A stretch of 64,000 bases of DNA from Candidatus Bathyarchaeota archaeon (lineage in GTDB: Archaea > Thermoproteota > Bathyarchaeia > Bathyarchaeales > Bathycorpusculaceae). Positions 48,496 to 58,176 of this stretch are shown piece by piece. Location of the stretch: assembly GCA_963827165.1 (NCBI GenBank), contig CAWGZR010000009.1, positions 32,001 to 96,000 on the forward strand. Direction: 5' to 3'. Every line of letters starts with the position of its first letter. Position 1 is the first letter of the stretch. The translations under genes and the position numbers were made by a program. The notes under the pieces are model-generated. The model saw only the letters and a list, made by a program, of their open reading frames with translations, was not told the origin of the DNA and made no database searches.

Positions 48496-49293
48496 ATGAC
48501 CACTCAATACGGGATTATCACCGCCGCGCATCTGGTTGCCGGCTACCCTGGCAACATAGTTTGGAAGGACGCAAGCTTCACCATTAATCGCGGCGAGTTC
48601 GTAGCGGTTATCGGCCCAAACGGAGCAGGCAAAACAACTATGTTTCGTTTACTCCTCGGGTTGCAAAAACCCATCAGCGGCACCCTCAAGATATTCGATG
48701 AAGCCCCTAAACGCGGCAATCCCCAGATTGGTTACGTACCCCAGCGACACATATTTGACGGTGAAACAAGTGTTGAAGCTTTTGAACTTGTGCGACTGGG
48801 AGCCTCCGGCACACAGTGGGGCCTAGGTCTGTTATCCAAAAAAGACCATAAAGCTGCTTTAAACGCGCTGGAAGCTGTTGACGCGACAGGTTTGGCTCAT
48901 CGTTCCCTCAGCGTGTTGTCAGGCGGAGAACTGCAGAAAATATTTCTAGCCGAGGCACTTGTAAGCAACCCCTCTATCCTATTGCTTGACGAACCTCTGT
49001 CGAATCTTGACATGCGACGCGAGAGAGAACTGCTGCAGCTTATCCACAAAGTAGTTCAATCACGCAACGTAACTGCAATGCTAATAGCACATAACATCAA
49101 CCCTCTTTTACCATACCTCGATAAAGTGGTCTACATCGCTAACGGTAAAGTGGCGACTGGAATGCCACAAGAAGTCCTTACCTCAGAATGTCTCTCGGAT
49201 TTGTTCGGAGTACACGTCGAAGTTCTCAAAGATTCGAGAGGTAACATCGCAATCGTAGGAATAGAAGACTGCCACGGGTGCCAAACAGAATGA
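48496..49293 (+). CDS. Zn/Mn ABC transporter ATPase
   Basis: GPNGAGKT, GYVPQ, LSGGELQK, LDEP. Confidence 0.9.
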   Translation: MTTQYGIITAAHLVAGYPGNIVWKDASFTINRGEFVAVIGPNGAGKTTMFRLLLGLQKPISGTLKIFDEAPKRGNPQIGYVPQRHIFDGETSVEAFELVRLGASGTQWGLGLLSKKDHKAALNALEAVDATGLAHRSLSVLSGGELQKIFLAEALVSNPSILLLDEPLSNLDMRRERELLQLIHKVVQSRNVTAMLIAHNINPLLPYLDKVVYIANGKVATGMPQEVLTSECLSDLFGVHVEVLKDSRGNIAIVGIEDCHGCQTE

Positions 49294-50186
49294 GCTTAAC
49301 AGCATTGTCTACTTTATCGTCAACCTTCAGTTTCAATCCAATTGTCGATCTGCAACGGATTTTTCAATTTGCCTTCATGCAGCACGCCTATGAGGCAGGA
49401 ACAGTCGTCGCAATTATCGCGGGCATTGTCGGCTATTTCATTGTGATTCGGCGTTCCTCATTCGCAGCGCATGCACTTTCCCACGTTGGTTTCAGTGGGG
49501 GGGCGTTTGCCGTATTAATCGGAGTTAGTCCCATTTATGGTCTTCTCGTGTTCACAAGTATTGGCGGACTTGCGATGGCTGCGCTTGGTAGGCGTGCTGC
49601 CTCGCGTGACGTTCAGATTGGAACAGTTCTCGCATTCATGCTCGGTCTAGGAGTGTTGTTCCTCAGCCTCTATACTGGTTATGCAACTGAAGCGTACTCG
49701 ATCTTGTTTGGAGAAATATTAGGCGTTAGTTATAGCGCTGTTCTTTTAACCCTCATTGCCGGTGCGGCAATTCTGGTTGTCACCGCGGTGGTATATCGAC
49801 CGCTCCTTTTTTCATCGCTTGATGAAGATGTGGCTGAAGCAAAAGGAATGCCAGTACTTTGGCTCGGCGTAATTTTCATGCTTCTGGTAGCAGTAGTAAC
49901 GTCATTTGCTGTTCAGGTCGTTGGCGTCTTGCTCATTTTCGCATTGATGGTCACGCCAGCTGCGACTGCTCAGATGTTGGCAAAACGACCGCGGCAAGTC
50001 ATAATTATTTCTGTAGTCATTGCTCTTCTGGCGACATGGCTGGGGCTTTTTATCGCGTTTTATACACCCTACCCGGTTAGCTTCTTCATATGTGCTAACG
50101 TTTTTATTTTGTATTTGCTTGTCCGATTCGTTTACCCCAAACTAAAGTCCTCGAAAAACACCCAGATTGACAAACCTCAGATTTAG
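49290..50186 (+). CDS. Zn/Mn ABC transporter permease
   Basis: AHALSH, ILFGEI, DEDVAEAKG, VGVLLI, TPAA. Confidence 0.9.
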   Translation: MSLTALSTLSSTFSFNPIVDLQRIFQFAFMQHAYEAGTVVAIIAGIVGYFIVIRRSSFAAHALSHVGFSGGAFAVLIGVSPIYGLLVFTSIGGLAMAALGRRAASRDVQIGTVLAFMLGLGVLFLSLYTGYATEAYSILFGEILGVSYSAVLLTLIAGAAILVVTAVVYRPLLFSSLDEDVAEAKGMPVLWLGVIFMLLVAVVTSFAVQVVGVLLIFALMVTPAATAQMLAKRPRQVIIISVVIALLATWLGLFIAFYTPYPVSFFICANVFILYLLVRFVYPKLKSSKNTQIDKPQI

Positions 50187-50241
50187 ACCGACAACCAATA
50201 GAAAAGCACCTGCAAACTTTGAGTAAAAAAAATGAAGGGGT

Positions 50242-50814
50242 TTAGTAGTTTTCAACCCAAGCTTCAAAATAGGCTTTCGGATGTGCGCATACGGGGCATT
50301 TTTCTGGCACAGTTTTGCCCTCGAAGACGAAGCCGCAGTTTCTGCATTTCCATTTGATCGGCTGATCTTTACTGAAGACTTTGCCCTGCTGCAGGGTTTC
50401 AAGCAGTTTGTTGTATCTCCGTTCATGGTAAGATTCGACTTTTGCGACCATGCGGAAGGTTGTGCAAACATCTTTGAAGCCTTCACGTTCCGCAACGTCG
50501 GCGAAGTCGGGGTAAAGTTTACCCCACTCAAGTTTCTCCCCCTCTGCTGCCGCCTTAAGGTTTTCAGCGGTTGATCCAGTCATTCCTGCCGGATAGGTGG
50601 CTTTGATTTCAACCATTCCGCCTTTAAGATGATTAAAGAATAGTTGCGCATGCTCTTTCTCGTTGTCTGAGGTTTCTTGGAAGATAGCGGATATCTGCTC
50701 GTATCCTTCTTTTCTCGCTTGGCTAGAGAAAAATGTGTATCTGGTTCTTGCTTGTGATTCGCCTGCGAAAGCTGCTAAGAGGTTCTTTTCAGTTTGGCTA
50801 CCCACAAAATCCAT
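50242..50814 (-). CDS. rbr: Rubrerythrin
   Basis: AFAGESQA, EKEHA, ESYHE and C-terminal CRNC...CPVC; start ATG 50814. Confidence 0.95.
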   Translation of the reverse strand: MDFVGSQTEKNLLAAFAGESQARTRYTFFSSQARKEGYEQISAIFQETSDNEKEHAQLFFNHLKGGMVEIKATYPAGMTGSTAENLKAAAEGEKLEWGKLYPDFADVAEREGFKDVCTTFRMVAKVESYHERRYNKLLETLQQGKVFSKDQPIKWKCRNCGFVFEGKTVPEKCPVCAHPKAYFEAWVENY

Positions 50815-51424
50815 AGTTACAAAACTCCTTAACTCACTTACGGTGCAGTCGAAAAATAAAAGGGTTCCCCGTGGCCTGACGGAAGTCAAAGTATAGGCTT
50901 TTATTTGGGTTGAACTAGATATGTGGTTGCCGAATGATGAGAAGGCATTAGCTTGACATTTATTTGGATGAAAGTTCAGAGTTACTCAGACGGCGACGTC
51001 TGGGAAACTTTATTCAGCGGTTAGCGATAAGGTTTCCCAGGCGAAAACATTACAATTATTTGAAGTTGACTAACTGAAAATGGAAAAGAGAAGTAAAAAG
51101 GTTGTTTGGACCCCAAGAATAGTCCTTTGATACTTTTGGTTGCACACCCCCATGGCATGAGTGGGGACAGTTTACAGTCCGATCCTGCGAGAAGCAATAT
51201 GAATATCAGAATTTGAAATAGGAAAATTTGATCGCTCATATTAATTAATAAAGATTCGCTTGCAATTTTAACGTAAGAAATCGCTTCAATTTAGGAATCG
51301 AATTGTTCAGATTCCGAATATAGAAGTTTCAGTGTTCATAACTCTTTTTTAATACTTACCATCAATCCTGTCCTATGTCACCCAACCGAAGATGGGTTGT
51401 AAAATAGTTTAATTTGAACGCGAA

Positions 51425-51820
51425 ATGGAAAGGAAAAAAATGTTAGAAACAACAAGTGTCATCAAGAACAAAGTAATAATTGAAAACAATTTAATGGCCG
51501 AAGATCAAACAGCAGAAAGAAACGTTAAGACCTTTCTGGATATCGTAATAATGTCATTGCTGAATGGCAAAGCAACATATGGCTACAAAATCATTGCGAT
51601 AGTACACAAAGAGTTTGGCATTTTGCTCAGTCCAGCCACGCTTTACCCATTGCTTCACACATTAGAAGATGAGCAGTTAGTAGAATCCGATTCGGCCGAT
51701 GGGAAAACCTTCTACACATTAACTTTGAAAGGAAAGGCAACGTTTAGGAAGAAATTCATAGCTTATAATTTGTCTACACAAATAATGTGCTCCTTTGTAA
51801 AGAAATGTGGCTCGATCTGA
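51425..51820 (+). CDS. PadR/GvpE-like winged-helix regulator
   Basis: YGYKII, FGILLSPATLYPLLHTLE, YTLTLKG; convergent with the end of the gvp operon. Confidence 0.82.
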   Translation: MERKKMLETTSVIKNKVIIENNLMAEDQTAERNVKTFLDIVIMSLLNGKATYGYKIIAIVHKEFGILLSPATLYPLLHTLEDEQLVESDSADGKTFYTLTLKGKATFRKKFIAYNLSTQIMCSFVKKCGSI

Positions 51821-51841
51821 ACGCAACCAACGAGGATCAAT

Positions 51842-52459
51842 TCAGATTGCGGGCATCAAAACCTCCTCTGATTGCCCAAGCTCTCTTACCACTTCTTCAA
51901 TTTTGCTCTTTAGAGCATCTATTTTCACGGCGCGAATTAATGCTATCTCAGTAACTAATTGATCTTTTATTAAAACCTGAAGTACGCCGCTTCCATCTTC
52001 TACGGTTTCTTCCGTAATAGTTGACAGACCTTTTATTTTGCATATAGATGTTTCAAACAATAGTTCGGTTGGCTTTTTTCTGAATAGAAAAAATCTTTTG
52101 TTCGTTACATAAAGATATCCTGGTCTCCATGTTCCAGAGACTGATTTTTTTTGGCAAAAATAAGAGGCAAACGTCTTTAGAATAATTTTTTCATTTTCAA
52201 ACAATGGAGCTTCTTCTGAACTTTCCGCCAAAACGGTTCTTCTGATCTGTTCATCCCAAGTTCCCATCATCCCGTAATCTATCATTGTAGTCAACCCCGC
52301 GATTGCAGCTTTTAAGTTGATGCCAATTAATGGAACGCCTGAAACTGAAATTATGATATCTGCATTAAGAATTATACCTTTAACCAAGATTCTGTCAATG
52401 AGGTCAACTAGAGCGCCATCCCTTGAGGGTTGCAAGTTAATCTTCTCCGTAATCAGCAT
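51842..52459 (-). CDS. GvpJ/GvpM-like protein fused to a GRAM/PH-like domain
   Basis: LVDLIDRILVKGIILNADIIISVSGVPLIGI; then EKII...GYLYVTNKRFFLF. Confidence 0.78.
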   Translation of the reverse strand: MLITEKINLQPSRDGALVDLIDRILVKGIILNADIIISVSGVPLIGINLKAAIAGLTTMIDYGMMGTWDEQIRRTVLAESSEEAPLFENEKIILKTFASYFCQKKSVSGTWRPGYLYVTNKRFFLFRKKPTELLFETSICKIKGLSTITEETVEDGSGVLQVLIKDQLVTEIALIRAVKIDALKSKIEEVVRELGQSEEVLMPAI

Positions 52460-54362
52460 CTAACAAAATCAACATTTCCCTCAAATTAAGGAACTCCAAG
52501 TTCACGTGGTCATGCGATGCTTGTTCAATTCGTTTTACGGAGGCTTCTAGTTCTTCCTTTTTCTCCTTTGGCAGCTTTTTGCCCAATCGACCTTCCGCGG
52601 CGGAAAGCAGCATTCGGCTCTGGTTTACTCTTTTTATCTTCGTCCTTGTACCTTCCATTAACTTGAGAAGTTGAACGGTCGAAATTTCGATCGTTGTGAG
52701 ATCCTTGTTATTCACATTCTTATTTAAATTGCGTAACGCCAAGTCCAGTTTTCTTTTATCTTTACAAGGGATTCTGCCAGCTTCCTCTTGAAGAAATTTT
52801 TTCACAGCCTGGATAGTTCCCGTTACACAATTTTGGGTTTCGATAAACCCCTTTACTTTCTCATCTGACTCGCTGAACCTAGTCGCTTCGATAATTCTCT
52901 TCATAATTTCATCTTCTGAAAGATTCTTTGTTTCCGCAATCTTGATAGCTTCTATTTTTCCTGTTTCTAAAATTTCTGCGGAGACAGTCAGGATACCGTT
53001 AGAATCTATTTTAAAGGCAACATCCACTTCTTGTTCGTGTTTAGCTCCTTGGGGGATACCTTCAAGCTTGAACATGCCTACAGTGGTGTTATCTTTGGCC
53101 ATTTCGCGTTCTCCTTGCAAGACATGAATTATCATCGACGTCTGGAAATCCTCTTCCGTTGCAAAAGTCATGTTTTCCTCTGTTGGAATTGCACTGTTTC
53201 TTTTAATTAGTCGGGTAAACAGCCCACCAGTTGTCTCCACACCTAAAGATAACGGAGTCACATCTAACAATAACAATTCTTTTATTTCGCCATTTAAGAC
53301 ACAGGCTTCAACACTCGCTCCAGTAGCGACTATTCCCATCGGGTCTATACCTAATTCAGGTTGCGTTTCAAAGTAACTGCCAAAATATTTTCTGACGATA
53401 GGTATTCTAGTTGGTCCTCCGACTAAAATTAGCTTATCAATATCCTCACGGTTTAAGCCTGAATCACTCAAAGATTGCTCTATTGGACCTTGCAGCCTAT
53501 CGAGCTGAGGTTTGATAAGTTCTTCAAGCTTATCACGTGTCAAAGCTATTCTCAGATTTGCGCCAGAGCACTTTGCCTTTACGCCGGTATCTATTGATGT
53601 TGAGACTTCTGTTGAAAGGTGAATCTTCGCCATTTCACCTGCATCTCTAAGTTTGCTTAGTCTCCTCTTATCATTCTCCAAGCAAATTCCGTACTTCTCT
53701 TCAATTTCTTCAACAAGATAGTCTAAAATTTCGTCATCCATGTCCTTACCGCCCAAATGAACATCGCCGCTGGTAGAAAGAACATGGAATAGCCCGTTGT
53801 TTATGTCCAGAATGGTAACGTCAAAGGTTCCGGCGCCCAAATCAAGCACTGCGATCTTAAGATTTTTTCCTAATTTGGCCATACCATAAGCTAACGAAGC
53901 TGCTGTGGGTTCGCTGACTATCCTCAAGACTTCAAAACCGGCTATTTCCCCGGCTTCTTTTGTTGCATTTCGTTGATTGTTGTTGAAGTAAGCGGGCGCC
54001 GAAATTACTGCTTTATCTATTTTCTCGCCCAAATAGGTTTCAGCGTCTTTTTTTATCTTCTTCAATATAAAAGCTGATATTTGTTGAGGGTTATATGACT
54101 GACCATTTATGTTCTCACAATGATCTGTACCGATTTTTCTTTTAATCCACTTGACAGTTCGATCAGGATAATCGTAAGAATATCTCTTTGCATCTTTTCC
54201 CACTAGAACTTCACCGTCATCTTTGAAAGCAACAATTGAAGGTACCATTTTCCCGTAAGCGGTTGGACCTTCTGCGGCTGGAACTATCCTTATTTTTCCT
54301 TCTTTCATCACAGCACCTGCAGAGTTGGAGGTCCCAAGATCGATTCCAATCGTTCGTCTCAT
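52437..54362 (-). CDS. dnaK: DnaK/Hsp70 paralogue inside the gas vesicle operon
   Basis: IGIDLGTSNS, PAYF, EPTAA, DLGAGTFD, LVGGPTRIP, LLLDVTPLSLG; start ATG 54362. Confidence 0.93.
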   Translation of the reverse strand: MRRTIGIDLGTSNSAGAVMKEGKIRIVPAAEGPTAYGKMVPSIVAFKDDGEVLVGKDAKRYSYDYPDRTVKWIKRKIGTDHCENINGQSYNPQQISAFILKKIKKDAETYLGEKIDKAVISAPAYFNNNQRNATKEAGEIAGFEVLRIVSEPTAASLAYGMAKLGKNLKIAVLDLGAGTFDVTILDINNGLFHVLSTSGDVHLGGKDMDDEILDYLVEEIEEKYGICLENDKRRLSKLRDAGEMAKIHLSTEVSTSIDTGVKAKCSGANLRIALTRDKLEELIKPQLDRLQGPIEQSLSDSGLNREDIDKLILVGGPTRIPIVRKYFGSYFETQPELGIDPMGIVATGASVEACVLNGEIKELLLLDVTPLSLGVETTGGLFTRLIKRNSAIPTEENMTFATEEDFQTSMIIHVLQGEREMAKDNTTVGMFKLEGIPQGAKHEQEVDVAFKIDSNGILTVSAEILETGKIEAIKIAETKNLSEDEIMKRIIEATRFSESDEKVKGFIETQNCVTGTIQAVKKFLQEEAGRIPCKDKRKLDLALRNLNKNVNNKDLTTIEISTVQLLKLMEGTRTKIKRVNQSRMLLSAAEGRLGKKLPKEKKEELEASVKRIEQASHDHVNLEFLNLREMLILLDADYGED

Positions 54363-54381
54363 CGAAATTCCCCCAAGATTG

Positions 54382-55362
54382 TTAGTTAATTCTTTCCTCG
54401 ATGAGAAAATTCTGTTTAACTTGGCTTTCCTCAAGTGAACAAAGATAGTGTTCACAGTATCTCGTTAGGAGAGATTGGGCTTCTCTAATTTTCTTGAACT
54501 TATTTTCACAAGATGGTTTATTTCGATGAAGGTCAGGATGATATTTTCGTACCAGAATGTTATATGCTGAATTAATCTCGGATATGCTTACTTCTTGACC
54601 TAATCCTAGGGTTTTTCTTGCATCGTCTAACTCGTCAAAGTTCATTTTTTTTACGCAGATTTTGGTAAAATTGTAAGCTGGCAAGTGACCTACTGAGAGA
54701 AACTCAAGCCTGCCGGCGTATTTTTCTTCCAACTTGTTTAATCTTTCGTTAAAATCTTGCTCGCGGTTTTTATCAATTAGAAAAGACATATTCGTTAGTG
54801 TATCTTGATCTTCGTTTTTGTTCTCTTCAGAATCCAACAAAACGGTTCCAAGTGAATGTTCTATGTCGGTTATGTATTCAAGTTTCTTTTCATCAAGGGC
54901 TTCCTTCACTTTTTTGCCTAGCTCAACTCTGAGGGTTTGATCATTATTTTTCTTAGATGCTTCGACCAGTTCTTTGATATGTTTGTTTTCGTTCAGGACG
55001 TATGCAAGGATGGTTTTGTTCCATGATATTTTAACGTTAATTTGTAATTTGTTGTCAACTTTTTCTAAAGTTTTCTTAAATTGCATTTTGCCTCGTTTTA
55101 GAATATTCTTTATTTCTTTTTCGTTTTTAGCCACTAATCCGAAACCCATTGGAATTAACGAGTATGGATCCATGATTTTACATAATACCTTTTCATGTGT
55201 TTTCGCTTCTTCGATGCCAATTCTGCAGTTGTCAAAAACGTCACTAACTACAGCACCCAGCTCTCCAAATTGGACAATGTATGTTTCGCCATTTCCAACT
55301 CCGATGTTTCCGAACGTTTTCTTGTTTTCAGAATCTATAATTCCGTAAATGTATTTTGCCAA
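54382..55362 (-). CDS. GvpF/GvpL-family protein with a C-terminal DnaJ J-domain
   Basis: YIYGII, HEKVL, IPMGFG, AYNF; then ARKTLGL...AYNILVRKYHPD...FKKI. Confidence 0.88.
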   Translation of the reverse strand: MAKYIYGIIDSENKKTFGNIGVGNGETYIVQFGELGAVVSDVFDNCRIGIEEAKTHEKVLCKIMDPYSLIPMGFGLVAKNEKEIKNILKRGKMQFKKTLEKVDNKLQINVKISWNKTILAYVLNENKHIKELVEASKKNNDQTLRVELGKKVKEALDEKKLEYITDIEHSLGTVLLDSEENKNEDQDTLTNMSFLIDKNREQDFNERLNKLEEKYAGRLEFLSVGHLPAYNFTKICVKKMNFDELDDARKTLGLGQEVSISEINSAYNILVRKYHPDLHRNKPSCENKFKKIREAQSLLTRYCEHYLCSLEESQVKQNFLIEERIN

Positions 55363-55367
55363 ATTTT

Positions 55368-56174
55368 TCAGTTCTCCTTAATTTTTGACTCGTTCATTTG
55401 TCCTGAGAAAGAATATGGCGGCCAAGGTCCAGTGAATCTAACGTCGAAGCCGTCATTCACAAACTTGGCTAATATGTTTCCTAATTCCTCAATTTTTCCC
55501 GTGTAAGCAAGACAGCTCATGTTAAGAATCATTTGTTTGTCTTTCCACTTTTCGGGAACTTCTTTGTTTGTTGAAGAAAGCTTTACCTCATCGACCAGAT
55601 TCTCGATTTGAACGCAAATATTTTTTGTGAATTTGTTTATGACAAGTTGTTTTTCAACCTGTATTTTTTGGTCTAGCTTTTTCCCCAGAAGGTAGGCTGC
55701 GCCGCCGCATGATTTTTTCAATTTCTCTTTTAAAGACTGTATTTCTTGATTTTCATTTAGTAAATCATCAAGATTTTGGTTCTTAAGGAAGATCTGAATT
55801 CCATATTCGGCTTTTCCTTCCAATCTGGCGAACAACTTTTTGAGCTGAAAGTACTGCTCAGATAACCACTTTCCGAGAGTTTCGTCGTTGCCTTTGAAGA
55901 TTGTGTCGAATGTCAACGGAATAACCGTTCCATATTCCTCTGTTGCCAAGTCAATTACATATTGATGCGCCAAAATCCACTCACCCGCTTTTTCTTTCGA
56001 TTTAGTTTCGTACGGTTTTGCTTTACACGAGTGAATGACCAGCCCCACGTCTTGAAAAGCTACAACTCTTACTTCATTGTCTTCAACGCCTATTGGCCGA
56101 AAATCATTTGCGTTTCCATTATTGATAATACAATAGACGTATTTTCCTTCTTCGAAACTATTTTCTTGAATCAT
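55368..56174 (-). CDS. gvpL: Gas vesicle protein, GvpL/GvpF family
   Basis: YVYCII, HQYVID, IPLTFDTI, GAAYLL, RFTGPWPPYSF. Confidence 0.85.
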   Translation of the reverse strand: MIQENSFEEGKYVYCIINNGNANDFRPIGVEDNEVRVVAFQDVGLVIHSCKAKPYETKSKEKAGEWILAHQYVIDLATEEYGTVIPLTFDTIFKGNDETLGKWLSEQYFQLKKLFARLEGKAEYGIQIFLKNQNLDDLLNENQEIQSLKEKLKKSCGGAAYLLGKKLDQKIQVEKQLVINKFTKNICVQIENLVDEVKLSSTNKEVPEKWKDKQMILNMSCLAYTGKIEELGNILAKFVNDGFDVRFTGPWPPYSFSGQMNESKIKEN

Positions 56175-56488
56175 TGGGTAACACCTTTATTGTCTATGTT
56201 TTCAGGATCAGTCATTATATTGATGGTATCTTCCACCATTCGGTCGAGGTCAGTCCTCAAACATTTAACAACAGATTGAAGACTGTTTTCTTCCTTGATG
56301 TGCTCAAGCGCATGATCAAGTTCCATCAACCCATTGCCCAATCTTTCAACTTCGTACTCGTCTAATCTGCCTGACTCCATTCTTCTCACAGCTTCTTTTT
56401 CAAGAACTTCCTGGATAACTTCAACTAAAGTGACAATAACTCCGAGAAGACCGGTTTTCAGGTCTTGTTCATTAATTTCTATTGGCAT
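56171..56488 (-). CDS. gvpK: Gas vesicle protein GvpK
   Basis: GLLGVIVTLVEVI, EAVRRMESG, VERLG. Confidence 0.9.
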   Translation of the reverse strand: MPIEINEQDLKTGLLGVIVTLVEVIQEVLEKEAVRRMESGRLDEYEVERLGNGLMELDHALEHIKEENSLQSVVKCLRTDLDRMVEDTINIMTDPENIDNKGVTQ

Positions 56489-57014
56489 GTGATTCCTCCT
56501 TCGTGCTTAGTTTTACCTCCAAGACACTGTTGTGAAGGTTTTTTTCAATTTTGCCAATGACTGAGCAGGGCAAATGAACTTCTTTGTAATATTCTTTCCC
56601 AGATATTATTAGACAAGACTCAGTCAATCTCAATTGTACAAATTTCTCCGTCGAAGGGAGCGCGGCAATGACCCTTACTAGATTTTCCTCTTCTATTACA
56701 TCTATAAGCTCCTCTGCACGAACTTTGCTGGCGAAATCTTCATCTACCCACCAGCTGAACATGATTTTTTGACCAGTTAACCGATCTATCTTCGACTGCT
56801 GGAAAGAAAGGATTGGTTTACCAATGATCTCTTTGGCAGTTGGGTTGATGATTTCTCTTATGATCAGAAGAACTTCCATATCTGAGGATGCGCACAGCAG
56901 ATTCGATAAATCTCTTAGCTCTGCATGACTCTCGTTTAATAGGAACATTGTCATCTTTCTGCTTTTCTCGTCCAAAACATTAAGGAGCAAATCAAGTTTG
57001 GTCAAAGCGCTCAA
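56472..57014 (-). CDS. GvpH-like protein (C-terminal Hsp20/alpha-crystallin-like domain)
   Basis: IDVIEEE...VIAALP...KEVHLP...NSVLEVKL; N-terminal HTH-like segment. Confidence 0.6.
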   Translation of the reverse strand: MSALTKLDLLLNVLDEKSRKMTMFLLNESHAELRDLSNLLCASSDMEVLLIIREIINPTAKEIIGKPILSFQQSKIDRLTGQKIMFSWWVDEDFASKVRAEELIDVIEEENLVRVIAALPSTEKFVQLRLTESCLIISGKEYYKEVHLPCSVIGKIEKNLHNSVLEVKLSTKEESHANRN

Positions 57015-57397
57015 TTCTGTACCCCCAATTTAACTCCAACTTTCATAGCTTTTTCTTTCTGCGATCTGGCACTTTCCCATCCGCACCAAGGACATGCAAA
57101 GTTCAATAATTCGTTTCTGTTAACGTCTTTTCCACATTGAGGGCAATCTTCTTTTTCGATACTAACGTCTTTCCAAGCGATTGTTTCCAGATTGGTTCCC
57201 GATGGAAATTCTAGCCCATATTTTGCTGCGGTCTCAAATGAAGCGAGTGCAGCTCTGATTTTTATTCCCAGCAGTTCCACTCCAGCAACGCTGATTGCAA
57301 TATCTGCGTTAATTACCAATCCCTTATCCAAGATTCTATCGATTGCTTCGGCTAAACCCGAATTCTCTTTTTCTGGTCTTAATGCTAAATTCGTCAT
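57011..57397 (-). CDS. gvpJ: GvpJ with a C-terminal Zn ribbon
   Basis: LAEAIDRILDKGLVINADIAISVAGVELLGI, ASFETAAKYGLEFP, CPQC...CPWC. Confidence 0.88.
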   Translation of the reverse strand: MTNLALRPEKENSGLAEAIDRILDKGLVINADIAISVAGVELLGIKIRAALASFETAAKYGLEFPSGTNLETIAWKDVSIEKEDCPQCGKDVNRNELLNFACPWCGWESARSQKEKAMKVGVKLGVQN

Positions 57398-57415
57398 ATT
57401 CTTAATCTCCTGATT

Positions 57416-57760
57416 TTAGTATTGAATTCCGCCACACCAAGGACACTCTCTTTCATGTTCTTCCCCAGTGGATTTTCTACCGCACTTTCGACAGATCTGC
57501 AACATTGACATGGCTTGCCATGCTTGCGCCTCTAGATTAGTATTTGCGGGAAATTTCAAACCCAGCTTTTTTGCTGTCTCAAAGGAAGAAAGAATTATGC
57601 GCGACTTAGTGTCTAAAAGACTGATGTCACTAATTCGAATCTTCGCAGCCGCGTCTATTATGACACCTTTGTCCATTATCACATCTAATAGACTGTTCAA
57701 GGTGGCCTCTCGTGATTTACTGAATACCAAAAAAGACCCCCCTTGCACGTTGATAGACAT
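57416..57760 (-). CDS. Divergent GvpJ paralogue with a Zn ribbon
   Basis: LLDVIMDKGVII, SSFETAKKLGLKFP, CRKC...CPWC. Confidence 0.8.
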   Translation of the reverse strand: MSINVQGGSFLVFSKSREATLNSLLDVIMDKGVIIDAAAKIRISDISLLDTKSRIILSSFETAKKLGLKFPANTNLEAQAWQAMSMLQICRKCGRKSTGEEHERECPWCGGIQY

Positions 57761-57881
57761 GTTCTTTTCTTTGAAAAACGGTCAACTCCGATCCGATGTT
57801 TCCGTTACCAAATAGGTTTTCGAAACTATTCCATCTGCCTGATTTTTGTACTTCTTTCAATACATTCGCTTCCTACAATAT

Positions 57882-58172
57882 TTAGCCTAAAATGTTAATT
57901 CTTTGACTTGGACGAACTATGTTTAACCTTTTATTTGTCATCCGTTGGTGACAAAGTGCATTGTTGCGTTCTTCATATTCTTCCTGAGTTTTCTCGCCAA
58001 GTTCATAGAGGAGTCTATTTTCTCTAAGTTCATTGTTAATTCTTTGCTGATTTTCATTAACTCTACCTTCATCGGCATAATCCATTATAGTCTCCATTAG
58101 CCAAACCATGTCAAATGGTGGCACAGAAAGACCCAACATTTCCAGGAAAAGATCATCTATAAAAAAGGGCAT
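57882..58172 (-). CDS. gvpG: Gas vesicle protein GvpG
   Basis: FFIDDL, ENRLLYELGE.TQEEY. Confidence 0.82.
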   Translation of the reverse strand: MPFFIDDLFLEMLGLSVPPFDMVWLMETIMDYADEGRVNENQQRINNELRENRLLYELGEKTQEEYEERNNALCHQRMTNKRLNIVRPSQRINILG

Positions 58173-58176
58173 TCGA

